Origin: Candidatus Omnitrophota bacterium
Lineage (GTDB): Bacteria > Omnitrophota > Gorgyraeia > Gygaellales > Profunditerraquicolaceae
Reading direction: 5' to 3'
Length of the DNA stretch: 64,000 bases
Assembly: GCA_041653115.1 (NCBI GenBank)
Contig: JBAZGA010000006.1
Location: forward strand, 734-64,733
The notes under the pieces were generated by a model that was not told where the DNA came from, did no database searches, and saw nothing but the letters and a program-made list of their open reading frames with translations. Of this stretch, positions 50,773-60,343 are shown piece by piece. A program made the translations under genes and the position numbers. The first letter of the stretch is position 1. Every line of letters starts with the position of its first letter.

Positions 50773-52494
50773 ATGGATTTGACTACTTTAAGACACTCTT
50801 GTTCCCATGTCATGGCTCAGGCCGTAAAGGGCTTATGGCCGGAAGCGAAGTTAGGCATTGGCCCGGCTATCGAAGACGGTTTCTATTATGACTTTGAAAA
50901 AAAAGAGCCGTTTACCGACGAGGATTTGGCGAAAATAGAGCGTAAGATGCAGGAGATTATCGGGAAAGACGAGCCGTTTGTCCGGGAAGAGCTGAGCAAA
51001 AAAGAGGCGGCCGGGTTATTCAAGAAATTAAAAGAGCCTTTTAAGCTAGAATTGATTAATGCCCTGCCCGATGAGAAAGTGACGATTTATAAAACCGGCA
51101 AAGATTTTATTGATTTATGCCGCGGCCCGCACATCGAGTCAACCGGCAGAATCAAGGCCTTTAAATTATTATCCGTTGCCGGAGCTTATTGGCACGGCAT
51201 AGAGACAAACCCGATGCTGCAGAGAATCTACGGCACCTGTTTTGAAACGGAGAAGGAATTAGGGGATTACTTAAAGAATTTAGAAGAGGCAAAAGCGCGC
51301 GACCACCGCAAAGTAGGCCCGGCGCTGGGATTCTTTGACATCTATCACGAAGCAGCCGGAGCGGGCCTGGTATTTTATCACCCCAAGGGAGCGCTTTTGC
51401 GCAGCATTATCGAAGATTATGAAAGAAAGGAACACTTGAGGCGCGGTTATCAATTGGTGATTACGCCGCATATTATGCAGGCCGGGCTTTGGAAGACCTC
51501 CGGCCACTGGGATTATTACCGGGAGAACATGTATACTTTTCAAACCGAAAAAAAAGATTTCGTGCTCAAGCCGATGAATTGTCCGGGCCACATCCTGATT
51601 TATCAGTCTAAGACCAGGAGCTATAAGGATCTGCCTGTCCGCTACTTTGAATTAGGCACAGTCTACCGGCATGAAAAGGCGGGGGTCTTGCACGGCCTTT
51701 TACGCGTGCGCGGCTTTACCCAGGACGATGCCCATATTTTTTGTTTACCCGAACAGTTAAAGTCTGAGATCAAAGCGGTGATTGATTTTGTCTTTGATAC
51801 GATGCGCACTTTCGGGTTTAACGAAGCGGGGATTGAATTAAGCACGCGGCCGGAAAAATACATCGGCTCCGACGCAGATTGGCAGAACGCGACACAGGCC
51901 CTGGAAGAATCTTTGAAAGAAAAAGGCCTCAACTACGAGGTCAATGCCGGGGAAGGCGCTTTTTATGGTCCGAAAATCGACATCAAATTAAAAGATGCCT
52001 TAAAGAGGGAATGGCAATGCGCCACGATTCAATGCGACTTTGCTTTACCCAAAAGATTTAACTTGGCTTATGTTGATTCGGATGGCAAGGAAAAACAGCC
52101 GATTATGCTGCACCGGGTCCTTTTAGGCAGCGTTGAGCGCTTTGTCGGCGCTTTATTGGAGCATTATAAAGGAGCCCTGCCCTTGTGGCTTTCGCCGCTG
52201 CAAGTATTGATTATACCGATTAAAGATTCTGTGTTAGAATATAGCAAAAAGGTCAAGGCAGCCTTAGAAGAGATGGGGCTCAGAGTCGATTTAGATAGCC
52301 GTAACGAAACCCTGGATAAACGTATCCGCCAGGCAGAAATAGAAAAGGTTCCTTATGTCTTGGTTATCGGAGAGCGCGAAGCCGGCAATGCTGCCGTGGC
52401 GGTGAGAAAGAGAGGCCAGGGCGATAAGGGAAGCATTAAGCTGGAGGAATTTATAAAACAGATAAAACAGGAACTCGAAAACAAGGTTATATGA
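50773..52494 (+). CDS. thrS: Threonine--tRNA ligase (lacks the N-terminal TGS domain)
   Basis: It begins in the editing domain (HSCSHVMAQA) and has class II motifs. 573 aa. Confidence 0.9.
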   Translation: MDLTTLRHSCSHVMAQAVKGLWPEAKLGIGPAIEDGFYYDFEKKEPFTDEDLAKIERKMQEIIGKDEPFVREELSKKEAAGLFKKLKEPFKLELINALPDEKVTIYKTGKDFIDLCRGPHIESTGRIKAFKLLSVAGAYWHGIETNPMLQRIYGTCFETEKELGDYLKNLEEAKARDHRKVGPALGFFDIYHEAAGAGLVFYHPKGALLRSIIEDYERKEHLRRGYQLVITPHIMQAGLWKTSGHWDYYRENMYTFQTEKKDFVLKPMNCPGHILIYQSKTRSYKDLPVRYFELGTVYRHEKAGVLHGLLRVRGFTQDDAHIFCLPEQLKSEIKAVIDFVFDTMRTFGFNEAGIELSTRPEKYIGSDADWQNATQALEESLKEKGLNYEVNAGEGAFYGPKIDIKLKDALKREWQCATIQCDFALPKRFNLAYVDSDGKEKQPIMLHRVLLGSVERFVGALLEHYKGALPLWLSPLQVLIIPIKDSVLEYSKKVKAALEEMGLRVDLDSRNETLDKRIRQAEIEKVPYVLVIGEREAGNAAVAVRKRGQGDKGSIKLEEFIKQIKQELENKVI

Positions 52495-52525
52495 GGCAAG
52501 CTAAAAACCAAAGGAGGTGGTTGCG

Positions 52526-53032
52526 ATAAACAAGTTTATCCGGATTAATGAAAGAATTCGCGCGCCGCAGGTGCGCCTCATCGGCCCAGACGGCAACCAG
52601 TTGGGGATTATGGCGGTAGGCAGGGCCATGGAGTTAGCCAACCAGCACGATTTGGACCTGGTAGAAGTCGCTCCGAACGTCAGCCCGCCGGTCTGCCGGA
52701 TCATCGATTTCAGCAAGTTTAAATATGACCAGGAGAAAAAAGAGCGCGAGGCCAAGAAACATCAAAAACAGGGCCGCTTAAAAGAGATCCGCCTCAAGCC
52801 CAATATTGATCCGCATGATTACCAGACAAAACTAAAACAGGCAGTCGCCTTTTTAAATAAAAAAGATAAAGTAAAAATCAACCTCTTCTTCCGCGGCAGG
52901 CAAATGGAGCATCTGGACCTGGGGAGGAAAATCTTAGATAAATTTATTATCGATACGCAAAAAGAGGGGCAGATAGAAAAAGAACCGGCTTTAGAGGGCA
53001 GGGTTATTTCCATGGTAATTACTCCGAAATAA
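52526..53032 (+). CDS. infC: Translation initiation factor IF-3. The start is probably the non-canonical AUA at 52526.
   Basis: RINERIRAPQVRLIGPDGNQLGIM aligns with the IF3 N-terminus. The frame opens after TAA at 52502-52504. The only canonical start (GTG 52517) lies inside the AAGGAGGTG Shine-Dalgarno. ATA at 52526 is 7 nt downstream of it. Confidence 0.8.
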   Translation: MNKFIRINERIRAPQVRLIGPDGNQLGIMAVGRAMELANQHDLDLVEVAPNVSPPVCRIIDFSKFKYDQEKKEREAKKHQKQGRLKEIRLKPNIDPHDYQTKLKQAVAFLNKKDKVKINLFFRGRQMEHLDLGRKILDKFIIDTQKEGQIEKEPALEGRVISMVITPK

Positions 53033-53071
53033 ACCCCGCCGTTTTAACGGCTGATACCAAAGGAAGGGACA

Positions 53072-53272
53072 ATGGGAAAATTAAAGACTAAAAAAGGCGT
53101 GGCAAAGAGATTTAGGTTGACCAAAACAGGAAAAATTAAATATTCTCCCTGCGGCAAGAGCCATCTGGGTACGGGCAAGGAGCCCGAACGCCTGAGGCGC
53201 TTAAGGCGCGCCGGGATATTGGAAGCGGGCAAAGAGGTAAAATACCTGAAAAGAGTTTTACCGTACGGATAA
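53072..53272 (+). CDS. rpmI: 50S ribosomal protein L35
   Basis: [23 protein letters not shown], 66 aa. Confidence 0.9.
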   Translation: MGKLKTKKGVAKRFRLTKTGKIKYSPCGKSHLGTGKEPERLRRLRRAGILEAGKEVKYLKRVLPYG

Positions 53273-53285
53273 GAAGGAGCGTTTT

Positions 53286-53636
53286 ATGGCGAAAATCAAA
53301 CACAGTGTAGCAACCAGGAAAAGGAAAAAGAAGGCGTTAAAACAGGCAAAAGGCTACTGGGGCGACCGCAGTAAGCAGTACCAGCAGGCGCGCCGCGCCC
53401 TGATGCACGCTTTAGTCTATGCCTACCGGGACAGGCGGATGAAGAAAAGGACTTTCCGGCAGCTCTGGGTAACGCGGATAAATGCCGCCTGCCGGGATTC
53501 CGGCATTACTTACAGTAAGTTTATCAACGGCCTAAAAAAGGCCAAGGTTAACCTGGATAGAAAAATCCTGGCTGACCTGGCAGTGAGGGACAACCAGGCG
53601 TTTAAGAAGTTGGTAGAAATAGCACGGGGCCGTTAA
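53286..53636 (+). CDS. rplT: 50S ribosomal protein L20
   Basis: 116 aa with [15 protein letters not shown]. Confidence 0.9.
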   Translation: MAKIKHSVATRKRKKKALKQAKGYWGDRSKQYQQARRALMHALVYAYRDRRMKKRTFRQLWVTRINAACRDSGITYSKFINGLKKAKVNLDRKILADLAVRDNQAFKKLVEIARGR

Positions 53637-53650
53637 TCCCGGAGATAAAT

Positions 53651-54295
53651 ATGTATGTGATAATTGTAGGATGCGGCAGGGTTGGCTCGGAATTAGCCAA
53701 GCTTTTATCCAACGAAGGGCACAACGTCGTAGTTATTGACAAGAATCAAAGTTCCTTTGACCGCTTGGGCGAAACCTTTAACGGCCTGACCTTGGTGGGC
53801 AATGGTTTTGACCTGGAGTTATTAAAGCAGGCCGGCATTGAAAAAACAGATGCCTTCTGCTGCGTGACCAACGGGGACAACACGAATTTAATTTCTGCGC
53901 AAGTAGCAAAAAAAATATTTAAGGTCCCCAAAGTCATCGCCCGCATCTATGATCCCCAGCGCGCGCATATCTATGCCGCCTTGGGGCTGGATATCGTCAG
54001 CGGTACAATCCTCTTTGCCGCGATGCTGCGCGATAAAATTATTGAAAGCCGCTTTTCCAGCTACCTGATTGAGGCTAAGGACCTGGGCGTGATTGAAATT
54101 GAGGCTAAGAACAATCTTATCGGCAAAGCCATCGAGGAAATAAATATCCCCGGCGAATTTTTGGTCGCGGCGATTAAAAGGCTGGACGGGACAATTATCC
54201 CCGGGCCGCGGACGGTGTTAAAAGCCAAAGATATTTTAATGGGGGTAGTCAAAGTCGCGTCCTTAAAGAAAATAAAAGAGGAATTCGGGTTATAA
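53651..54295 (+). CDS. trkA: TrkA/KtrA-type K+ uptake regulatory subunit (RCK N+C)
   Basis: N-terminal Rossmann motif IIVGCGRVGSELAKLL. Confidence 0.75.
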   Translation: MYVIIVGCGRVGSELAKLLSNEGHNVVVIDKNQSSFDRLGETFNGLTLVGNGFDLELLKQAGIEKTDAFCCVTNGDNTNLISAQVAKKIFKVPKVIARIYDPQRAHIYAALGLDIVSGTILFAAMLRDKIIESRFSSYLIEAKDLGVIEIEAKNNLIGKAIEEINIPGEFLVAAIKRLDGTIIPGPRTVLKAKDILMGVVKVASLKKIKEEFGL

Positions 54296-54311
54296 TCTTA
54301 GGAGTGGACAG

Positions 54312-54974
54312 ATGTACATTGTAATTGTCGGTGCGGGTAAAGTGGGTTATTTTTTGGCTAAAAGGCTCTGCCAGAGCAAGCACAGCGTGAGTATCGTGGA
54401 AAAAGATAAGGCGCTCTGCGAAGAGGTAGCCAAGGGAATAGAAGCGTTGGTGATTAACGGCGACGGCTGCGAGCCGCGGATTTTAGAGGAGTCCGGCATT
54501 GCCCGCGCCGATGTCATCGCCGCGGTTACCGGCGACGATGAAGACAACCTGATTATCTGCCAATTAGCCAAAGAGAGATTTAATGTGCAGCGGACAGTGG
54601 GCAGGGTGAATAACCCCGATAACGAGCATACCTTTTCTGAATTAGGCGTAGATGTGCCGGTGGACTCCACCAAGATTATCGCCAAGATTATCGAAGAAGA
54701 AGTTTCCTTCTCGGATTTTGTCAACCTGATGAGCTTTAAGCGCGGCAAATTGAGCATCGTACGCGTGGACCTGCCCGCAGATTCGCCGGCGATCGATAAA
54801 AAAATTCAGGATATGCAATTGCCCCAGGATTCGGTGCTGGTTTCTATCCTCAGGGGCGAAGAGGTGATTGTGCCCAAGGGCAATACGGTTTTGCGGCCCG
54901 GGGACGACATCATCGCGATTACGCCTATCGGTAACGAGCCGCAATTATTAAATGCGCTGGTAGGCAAGTTATAA
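54312..54974 (+). CDS. trkA: Second TrkA/KtrA-type K+ uptake regulatory subunit
   Basis: N-terminal Rossmann motif IVIVGAGKVGYFLAKRL and a TrkA_C domain. Confidence 0.75.
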   Translation: MYIVIVGAGKVGYFLAKRLCQSKHSVSIVEKDKALCEEVAKGIEALVINGDGCEPRILEESGIARADVIAAVTGDDEDNLIICQLAKERFNVQRTVGRVNNPDNEHTFSELGVDVPVDSTKIIAKIIEEEVSFSDFVNLMSFKRGKLSIVRVDLPADSPAIDKKIQDMQLPQDSVLVSILRGEEVIVPKGNTVLRPGDDIIAITPIGNEPQLLNALVGKL

Positions 54975-55088
54975 AATGAAAATAAAGATCCCTTTCAATA
55001 TCGCCTTAGGCATAACTACCGAAGTCCTCTTCGCCTTAAGCATTATCTTGGCGGCATTTTTAATCTGTCTTGCTTTAATGCTGAAAAC

Positions 55089-56591
55089 ATGATCTTAAAA
55101 CCCCGCCTACAAGACATTAAAAACATTGGTTATTATTTAGGTAAGATTATTATCGGCCTCGGCCTGACTATGGTTGTGCCGGTTATCATCGGCCTGGTCT
55201 CGGGAGAGATAAACCCCGCCCTCGATTTTATCATCGGCCTGGAGACCGCCCTGGTCTTCGGGTTAATTTTGACCAAACTCTGCTTTACAGAAGAGGACCT
55301 GAACTGGATGCAGGGGATGATCGCGGTTTCTTTATCGTGGCTGGCGGCGATGCTTTTAGGCGCAATCCCTTTATATTTGAGCGGCCATTGGAAATCATAC
55401 CTGGATGCCTGTTTTGATGCGATGTCCGGATTTGCCACCACGGGGCTGATCTTAGTCCAGGACCTTGACCACCTTTCTTACACGCACAATTTCTGGCGGC
55501 ATCTGATTATGTTTATCGGAGGGCAGGGTATTGTTATTGTGGCGCTCTCCTTTTTTGTCAAGGGCCTTTCCGGGGCATTCAAAATGTATGTTGGCGAAGC
55601 GCGCGATGAAAGGATCCTGCCCAACGTTATCCATACCGCGCGGTTTATCTGGCTGGTAAGCATTACCTATTTTATTTTAGGCACCCTCGCCCTGGCTAGC
55701 GTGGGTATTTTTAGCGGGATGAAGCCGGTGAATGCCTTTTTCCACGGCGCCTGTGTCTTTATGGCGGCATTTGATACCGGCGGCTTTGCCCCGCAGTCGC
55801 AGAATATCCTTTACTACCATAGCCTGCCTTTTGAGATGATTACGATTGTGATCATGATTTTGGGCGCAATTAATTTTAAATTACACTATCACATCTGGAT
55901 GGGCCGGCGTAAGGAGCTATTTAAGAATATCGAGACGAGAACCCTCTTTATTACCGTAATGGTTACCTTTTTTATCGTCGCACTCGGCCTGACCCAGTTA
56001 AATACTTACCCCAAGGTAATGATGCTCTTGCGCAAAGGTTTTTATCAGCTTATCTCGGCGCACACCGGCACCGGGTATCAGACTGTCTATGCGGCGCAGT
56101 TTATGCGCGAATGGAGCAATTTGAGCCTGGTAGGCATAATTATCGCCATGGCGTTGGGCGGAGCGGTTTGCTCTACCACGGGCGCGATTAAGATGCTGCG
56201 TATCGGCGTCATTTTTAAGGCGCTCTTAGAAGATACCAAGAGGATAATTTTGCCGGAAAGAGCCGTGGTTGTTCAGAAATTCCACCACATTAAAGAGATA
56301 CTTTTAGAGGATAACCTGGTGAGGAGCGCTCTCTTGATTACCCTGGCTTATTTGTTATTTTACGTTTTAGGGGCGCTGATGGGAATGTTTTTTGGTTATC
56401 CGTTTTTGAATTCTTTATTTGAATCTACCTCGGCTGCGGCCAATGTCGGCTTATCTTGCGGGATTACGAAAACAACCATGCCGGCGGCGCTTAAACTGAC
56501 CTATATCTTCCAGATGTGGGCAGGCAGATTGGAGTTTATGTCGGTGTTTACCCTGATCGGGTTCTTTGTGGCGGCGATTAAAGGCAAATGA
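55089..56591 (+). CDS. trkH: TrkH/KtrB-family K+ transporter membrane subunit
   Basis: 500-aa polytopic protein with repeated M-P-M pore loops (GFATTG, GTGYQT). Confidence 0.8.
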   Translation: MILKPRLQDIKNIGYYLGKIIIGLGLTMVVPVIIGLVSGEINPALDFIIGLETALVFGLILTKLCFTEEDLNWMQGMIAVSLSWLAAMLLGAIPLYLSGHWKSYLDACFDAMSGFATTGLILVQDLDHLSYTHNFWRHLIMFIGGQGIVIVALSFFVKGLSGAFKMYVGEARDERILPNVIHTARFIWLVSITYFILGTLALASVGIFSGMKPVNAFFHGACVFMAAFDTGGFAPQSQNILYYHSLPFEMITIVIMILGAINFKLHYHIWMGRRKELFKNIETRTLFITVMVTFFIVALGLTQLNTYPKVMMLLRKGFYQLISAHTGTGYQTVYAAQFMREWSNLSLVGIIIAMALGGAVCSTTGAIKMLRIGVIFKALLEDTKRIILPERAVVVQKFHHIKEILLEDNLVRSALLITLAYLLFYVLGALMGMFFGYPFLNSLFESTSAAANVGLSCGITKTTMPAALKLTYIFQMWAGRLEFMSVFTLIGFFVAAIKGK

Positions 56592-57082
56592 TAAAGAAAG
56601 TTTGGAATTCATGTTTCCCCGTTATTAGTTTCTTGTTTTTTCTGGCGCTATCCGGCGTTTGTTTTGCCCAGGCTATTTCTTCCAGCGAGCTGATTAATGA
56701 CGCCGAATTCTATGACGGGAAAATTGTCGTCTATGCCGGCGAAGTTATCGGGGATGTCATGGTGCGCGGCGAATCCGCCTGGCTCAATATCAGCGACGGA
56801 GAAAATGCCATCGGCGTCTGGCTAAATAAAAATTTAGTCAAAGACATTCTTTATACCGGCAGTTATAAATCCCGCGGCGATTGGCTGGAGGTTACGGGAT
56901 TTTTTCAGCGCGCCTGCCCTGAGCACGGCGGAGATTTGGATATCCACGCCCAGGCCTTGCGTCAAATAAGCCCCGGACGGGCGACTTCGGAAAGACTCAA
57001 TCCGGGCAAGAGAAACCAGGCCCTGGCATTATTGGGAATATTATGTCTAGTATGGATATTGAGGCGGTTAAAAGAGAAGTAG
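56588..57082 (+). CDS. Exported hypothetical protein with an N-terminal signal peptide and a C-terminal TM anchor. Possibly an OB-fold.
   Basis: Signal peptide CFPVISFLFFLALSGVCFA|QA and a C-terminal ALALLGILCLVWIL. No family recognised with confidence. Confidence 0.4.
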   Translation: MIKKVWNSCFPVISFLFFLALSGVCFAQAISSSELINDAEFYDGKIVVYAGEVIGDVMVRGESAWLNISDGENAIGVWLNKNLVKDILYTGSYKSRGDWLEVTGFFQRACPEHGGDLDIHAQALRQISPGRATSERLNPGKRNQALALLGILCLVWILRRLKEK

Positions 57083-58065
57083 AGGCGGAGATAGGCAAAA
57101 CTGGTTCTGCTGAGGAGCTGGAAGCGCTGCGCCTGAAGTATTTGGGCAGAAAAGGGCTGATCGCCCGGCTGACCGGCTCGATTCCGGCTTTAGCGGCGCA
57201 AGAACGCGCTAAATTCGGCCAGCAGGTCAATATTTTAAAAAACCGGGTAATTTCCCTGATTGATGAGAAACAAAAGGCATTGGCGATTGAACCGGCAGAA
57301 TCCCTGCCCAGCGCAGTAGATATCAGTATGCCGGGGGTGAGGCGGGATATCGGCCGCCTGCACCCGATCACCCAGGTGATTGATGAAATCTGCGCGGTAT
57401 TTACGCGGATAGGATTTTCTGTGGTCGAGGGCCCGGAAATCGAGACCGAATACAATAATTTTACCGGATTGAATATTCCCCTGGAACACCCTTCCCGGGA
57501 CGTTTTTGATACATTTTATCTCAAAGATAAAAATAAATTGTTGTTGCGCAGCCACACCTCGCCGGTACAAATCCGCGCGATGAAATCGCGCAAACCGCCC
57601 TTGGCGATAGTCGTTCCCGGCCGGGTTTACCGTCCCGACGCCGTAGACGCCTCCCACTCTTTTATGTTCCACCAGATAGAGGGGTTTCTGGTTGACCGCG
57701 GGATAAAATTTTCCGATTTAAAAGGAGTATTGGAAGTCTTTGCCAAGAGCATCTTCGGAAGAGAGATTAAGATGCGCTTCCGGCCGCACTTTTTTCCTTT
57801 TACCGAGCCTTCTGCCGAGGTAGATATATCCTGCATTATCTGCGGCGGTAAAGGCTGTTCGGTTTGCGGCAGGAAAGGCTGGCTGGAAATATTAGGCAGC
57901 GGCATGATTCACCCCAACGTCTTTAAAAATGTCGGTTACGACCCTAAAAAATACGCCGGTTTTGCCTTTGGCATGGGCGTTGAGCGCATCGCCATGCTCA
58001 AATACGGCATTAACGATATCCGTTTATTTTTTGAAAACGACTTAAGATTTTTAAAACAGTTTTAA
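57052..58065 (+). CDS. pheS: Phenylalanine--tRNA ligase alpha subunit
   Basis: Class II motifs, FPFTEPS and GFAFGMGVERIAM. Start taken at MDIEA. Confidence 0.9.
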   Translation: MDIEAVKREVEAEIGKTGSAEELEALRLKYLGRKGLIARLTGSIPALAAQERAKFGQQVNILKNRVISLIDEKQKALAIEPAESLPSAVDISMPGVRRDIGRLHPITQVIDEICAVFTRIGFSVVEGPEIETEYNNFTGLNIPLEHPSRDVFDTFYLKDKNKLLLRSHTSPVQIRAMKSRKPPLAIVVPGRVYRPDAVDASHSFMFHQIEGFLVDRGIKFSDLKGVLEVFAKSIFGREIKMRFRPHFFPFTEPSAEVDISCIICGGKGCSVCGRKGWLEILGSGMIHPNVFKNVGYDPKKYAGFAFGMGVERIAMLKYGINDIRLFFENDLRFLKQF

Positions 58066-58069
58066 TCAG

Positions 58070-60106
58070 ATGAAAGTTACCTATAATTGGCTGAAAGATT
58101 TTGTCCAGATTAAGCTCTCCGCGCAAGAGCTCGCGGATAAGCTTACCATGGCGGGCCTGGAAGTAACCTCTTTGGAGGAACATCAGGGCGATTTTCTTTT
58201 CGAAATCGAAGTCACCTCCAACCGCCCGGATTGCCTGAGCGTGATTGGCCTGGCCAGGGAAGCAGCGGCAATTACGAATTCAAAAATTAAAATTCAAAAA
58301 TCAAAATCACAACTTAAAACCCAAAAATCAAAAAAAGAAAGCCAAATTTTAAAGATACAAATTGAAGATCCCAAAGACTGCCCGCTTTACACCGCAAAGA
58401 TTATCCGTAATCTGCGTGTCGGGCCGTCGCCGGATTGGCTGAAAAAAAGGCTGGAGTTGGTCGGTTGCCGCAGCGTGAATAATATCGTGGATATCACCAA
58501 TTACGTCCTCTTTGAAACCGGCGAGCCCCTGCATGCCTTTGATTTGGATAAATTAGGCCCGCAGGCGCTGATGGTCCGACGGGCTAGGCCCGGCGAAAAG
58601 ATTGTTGCCATAGACGGAGAACCTAGAGCGCTCGACCGCGAAATCTTGGTGATCGCCGATAAAGAAAAGCCGCTGGCGATTGCCGGCGTGATGGGCGGGA
58701 AAGAGAGCGAGGTTTCTTTTGCCAGCAAAAACGTTCTTTTAGAAGCGGCAATCTTTAATCCGGTGCTAATTCGCCGCTGCCGGCAGAAATTGGGCTTAGC
58801 CAGCGAGTCTAGCTATCGCTTTGAGCGGGGGATAGAACCGGAACGGGTAGAGTTTGCCTCTTGGCGGGCAGCACAATTAATCCAGGACCTGGCTCAGGGG
58901 ACCTGTGTTTTGGCCCAAGCCTCAGGGATAACCAGGAGCAGAAAGAAAAGCATCGCTTTAGCCGGTTCAGCTGTGCAGAAAATCCTCGGCGCCAAAATAG
59001 CTCCGGCAAAAATCAGCAACATTTTGCGCAGCCTTGGGTTCAGCGTCAAGAGAAGAGCGGGAAACAATTTTCTGGTTGAGGTCCCCTGCCACAGGCAGGA
59101 TACCAGGCTGGAAATAGACTTAATTGAAGAAATCGCCCGCATTTTCGGTTATGAGAACATCGCGAAAACTTTACCGAGAATTGTGCCGCAGGTAATGCCT
59201 GAGGCTAGGCGGGAGAAGGTGCGCTTCATAAAAAATATCCTCAGCGCTGCGGGCTTAAACGAAGTAATTACTTATAGCCTGATTGAGCGGGGCGCATTGC
59301 CCGGCCTTAGCCACGACTATAGCCCGATAGAAATTGCCAATCCCTTAAGCCGGGAGCAGGAGATCTTAAGGCCGACGCTGCTGGCGGGTTTAGTGAAAGC
59401 GGTGAGCTATAATCTTAACCAGAAACAGGAGTACGTGAATCTGTTTGAGATCGCTAAAGTTTTTTCCGCCAAAAGCGAGGCAGCGCCTGAAGAGGAGTTG
59501 ACGCTGGGGGTCGTGCTTTGCGGCACGCGCTCGTGGCTTGTTAACCAGGGCAGGCTCAAAGAAGAGGCAGGGCTTTTGGATTTAAAAGGAATGCTGGAAA
59601 CACTCTTTGGCTCGCTCGGCATCAAAGAATACGCCTTTGTTTTAACCGGCCCCGACGAAGCGGGTATTTATCTGGGCAAGGATAAGGCCGGAAGGCTGCT
59701 GCGGCTAAAAAAGGAGATTTTGGATAAATTTGAGATTAAGCATAAAGATGTCCTGGCGGCTGAACTTTCTTTGGATGCGCTGTTGGCCCGTGCCGAGTTA
59801 AAGAAGAAGTTTGCTGCCCTGCCGATGTATCCCGGCATTGCCAGGGATATCAGCCTGGTGGTGAAAGAGGAGGTTCCCGTCGGCAGCATCTTGACGGCGA
59901 TAAGAGAGAAGGCCGGCCCATTGCTCCAGGAAATACAGGTTACCGACCTTTACCGCGGCAGGCAGATTCCTCCCGGTTACAAAGGCCTGACCATTTCCTG
60001 CCTTTACCGCGCAGATGAGCGTACCTTAACCGAGGCAGAAGTTAATCCCCTGCATTCTGCGGCAGCCGAGGTTCTCAAAGAGCAATTCTCGGCCCAGTTT
60101 AGATAA
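58070..60106 (+). CDS. pheT: Phenylalanine--tRNA ligase beta subunit, lacking the N-terminal tRNA-binding (Myf/EMAP OB) domain
   Basis: 678 aa. B1 (MKVTYNWLKDFV...AGLEV) runs straight into the B3/B4 region (EVTSNRPDCLSVIGLAREAA). In E. coli PheT about 110 aa of OB domain sit between them. Confidence 0.9.
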   Translation: MKVTYNWLKDFVQIKLSAQELADKLTMAGLEVTSLEEHQGDFLFEIEVTSNRPDCLSVIGLAREAAAITNSKIKIQKSKSQLKTQKSKKESQILKIQIEDPKDCPLYTAKIIRNLRVGPSPDWLKKRLELVGCRSVNNIVDITNYVLFETGEPLHAFDLDKLGPQALMVRRARPGEKIVAIDGEPRALDREILVIADKEKPLAIAGVMGGKESEVSFASKNVLLEAAIFNPVLIRRCRQKLGLASESSYRFERGIEPERVEFASWRAAQLIQDLAQGTCVLAQASGITRSRKKSIALAGSAVQKILGAKIAPAKISNILRSLGFSVKRRAGNNFLVEVPCHRQDTRLEIDLIEEIARIFGYENIAKTLPRIVPQVMPEARREKVRFIKNILSAAGLNEVITYSLIERGALPGLSHDYSPIEIANPLSREQEILRPTLLAGLVKAVSYNLNQKQEYVNLFEIAKVFSAKSEAAPEEELTLGVVLCGTRSWLVNQGRLKEEAGLLDLKGMLETLFGSLGIKEYAFVLTGPDEAGIYLGKDKAGRLLRLKKEILDKFEIKHKDVLAAELSLDALLARAELKKKFAALPMYPGIARDISLVVKEEVPVGSILTAIREKAGPLLQEIQVTDLYRGRQIPPGYKGLTISCLYRADERTLTEAEVNPLHSAAAEVLKEQFSAQFR

Positions 60107-60109
60107 CGC

Positions 60110-60137
60110 TTGACTTAATTTTTAAATGTGCTATACT
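60110..60137 (+). promoter_or_regulatory. Sigma70-like promoter (-35 TTGACT at 60110-60115, 16-nt spacer, -10 TATACT at 60132-60137) ahead of a ~200-nt leader before rarA
   Basis: Read from the sequence. Confidence 0.5.
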
Positions 60138-60343
60138 TTTTTTGTAAAGAGAGTAGTTATTTGAAAATATCCCTGCCGTGCACGTTGGAAAGCGCGATAA
60201 TTGGTGAACCAACACCACCATAAAGGGAGCCTGATACTCCTTTGGGGCTTAGGCGTCAAAGGGAGGGCACCCACTTTTAGGCAAGACGGTTCAGCCTATT
60301 TGCTTCCAACGGCACAGTGCGGGGATTTTTTTTGCCCGCGCTC

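Noticed and set aside
60317-60343. GTG start at 60317 for rarA, as in the ORF track.
   Set aside because: The extra nine residues (MRGFFLPAL) precede the conserved RarA N-terminus and derive from the T-rich hairpin region. ATG at 60344 aligns with the homologues.
60141-60343. Tried to assign the rarA leader to SRP RNA, 6S RNA, tmRNA or RNase P RNA by eye.
   Set aside because: None of the conserved motifs I know (the SRP GGAAGCAGCC-type domain IV, the tmRNA tag reading frame, RNase P P4) are present. It is left as an unassigned structured leader.
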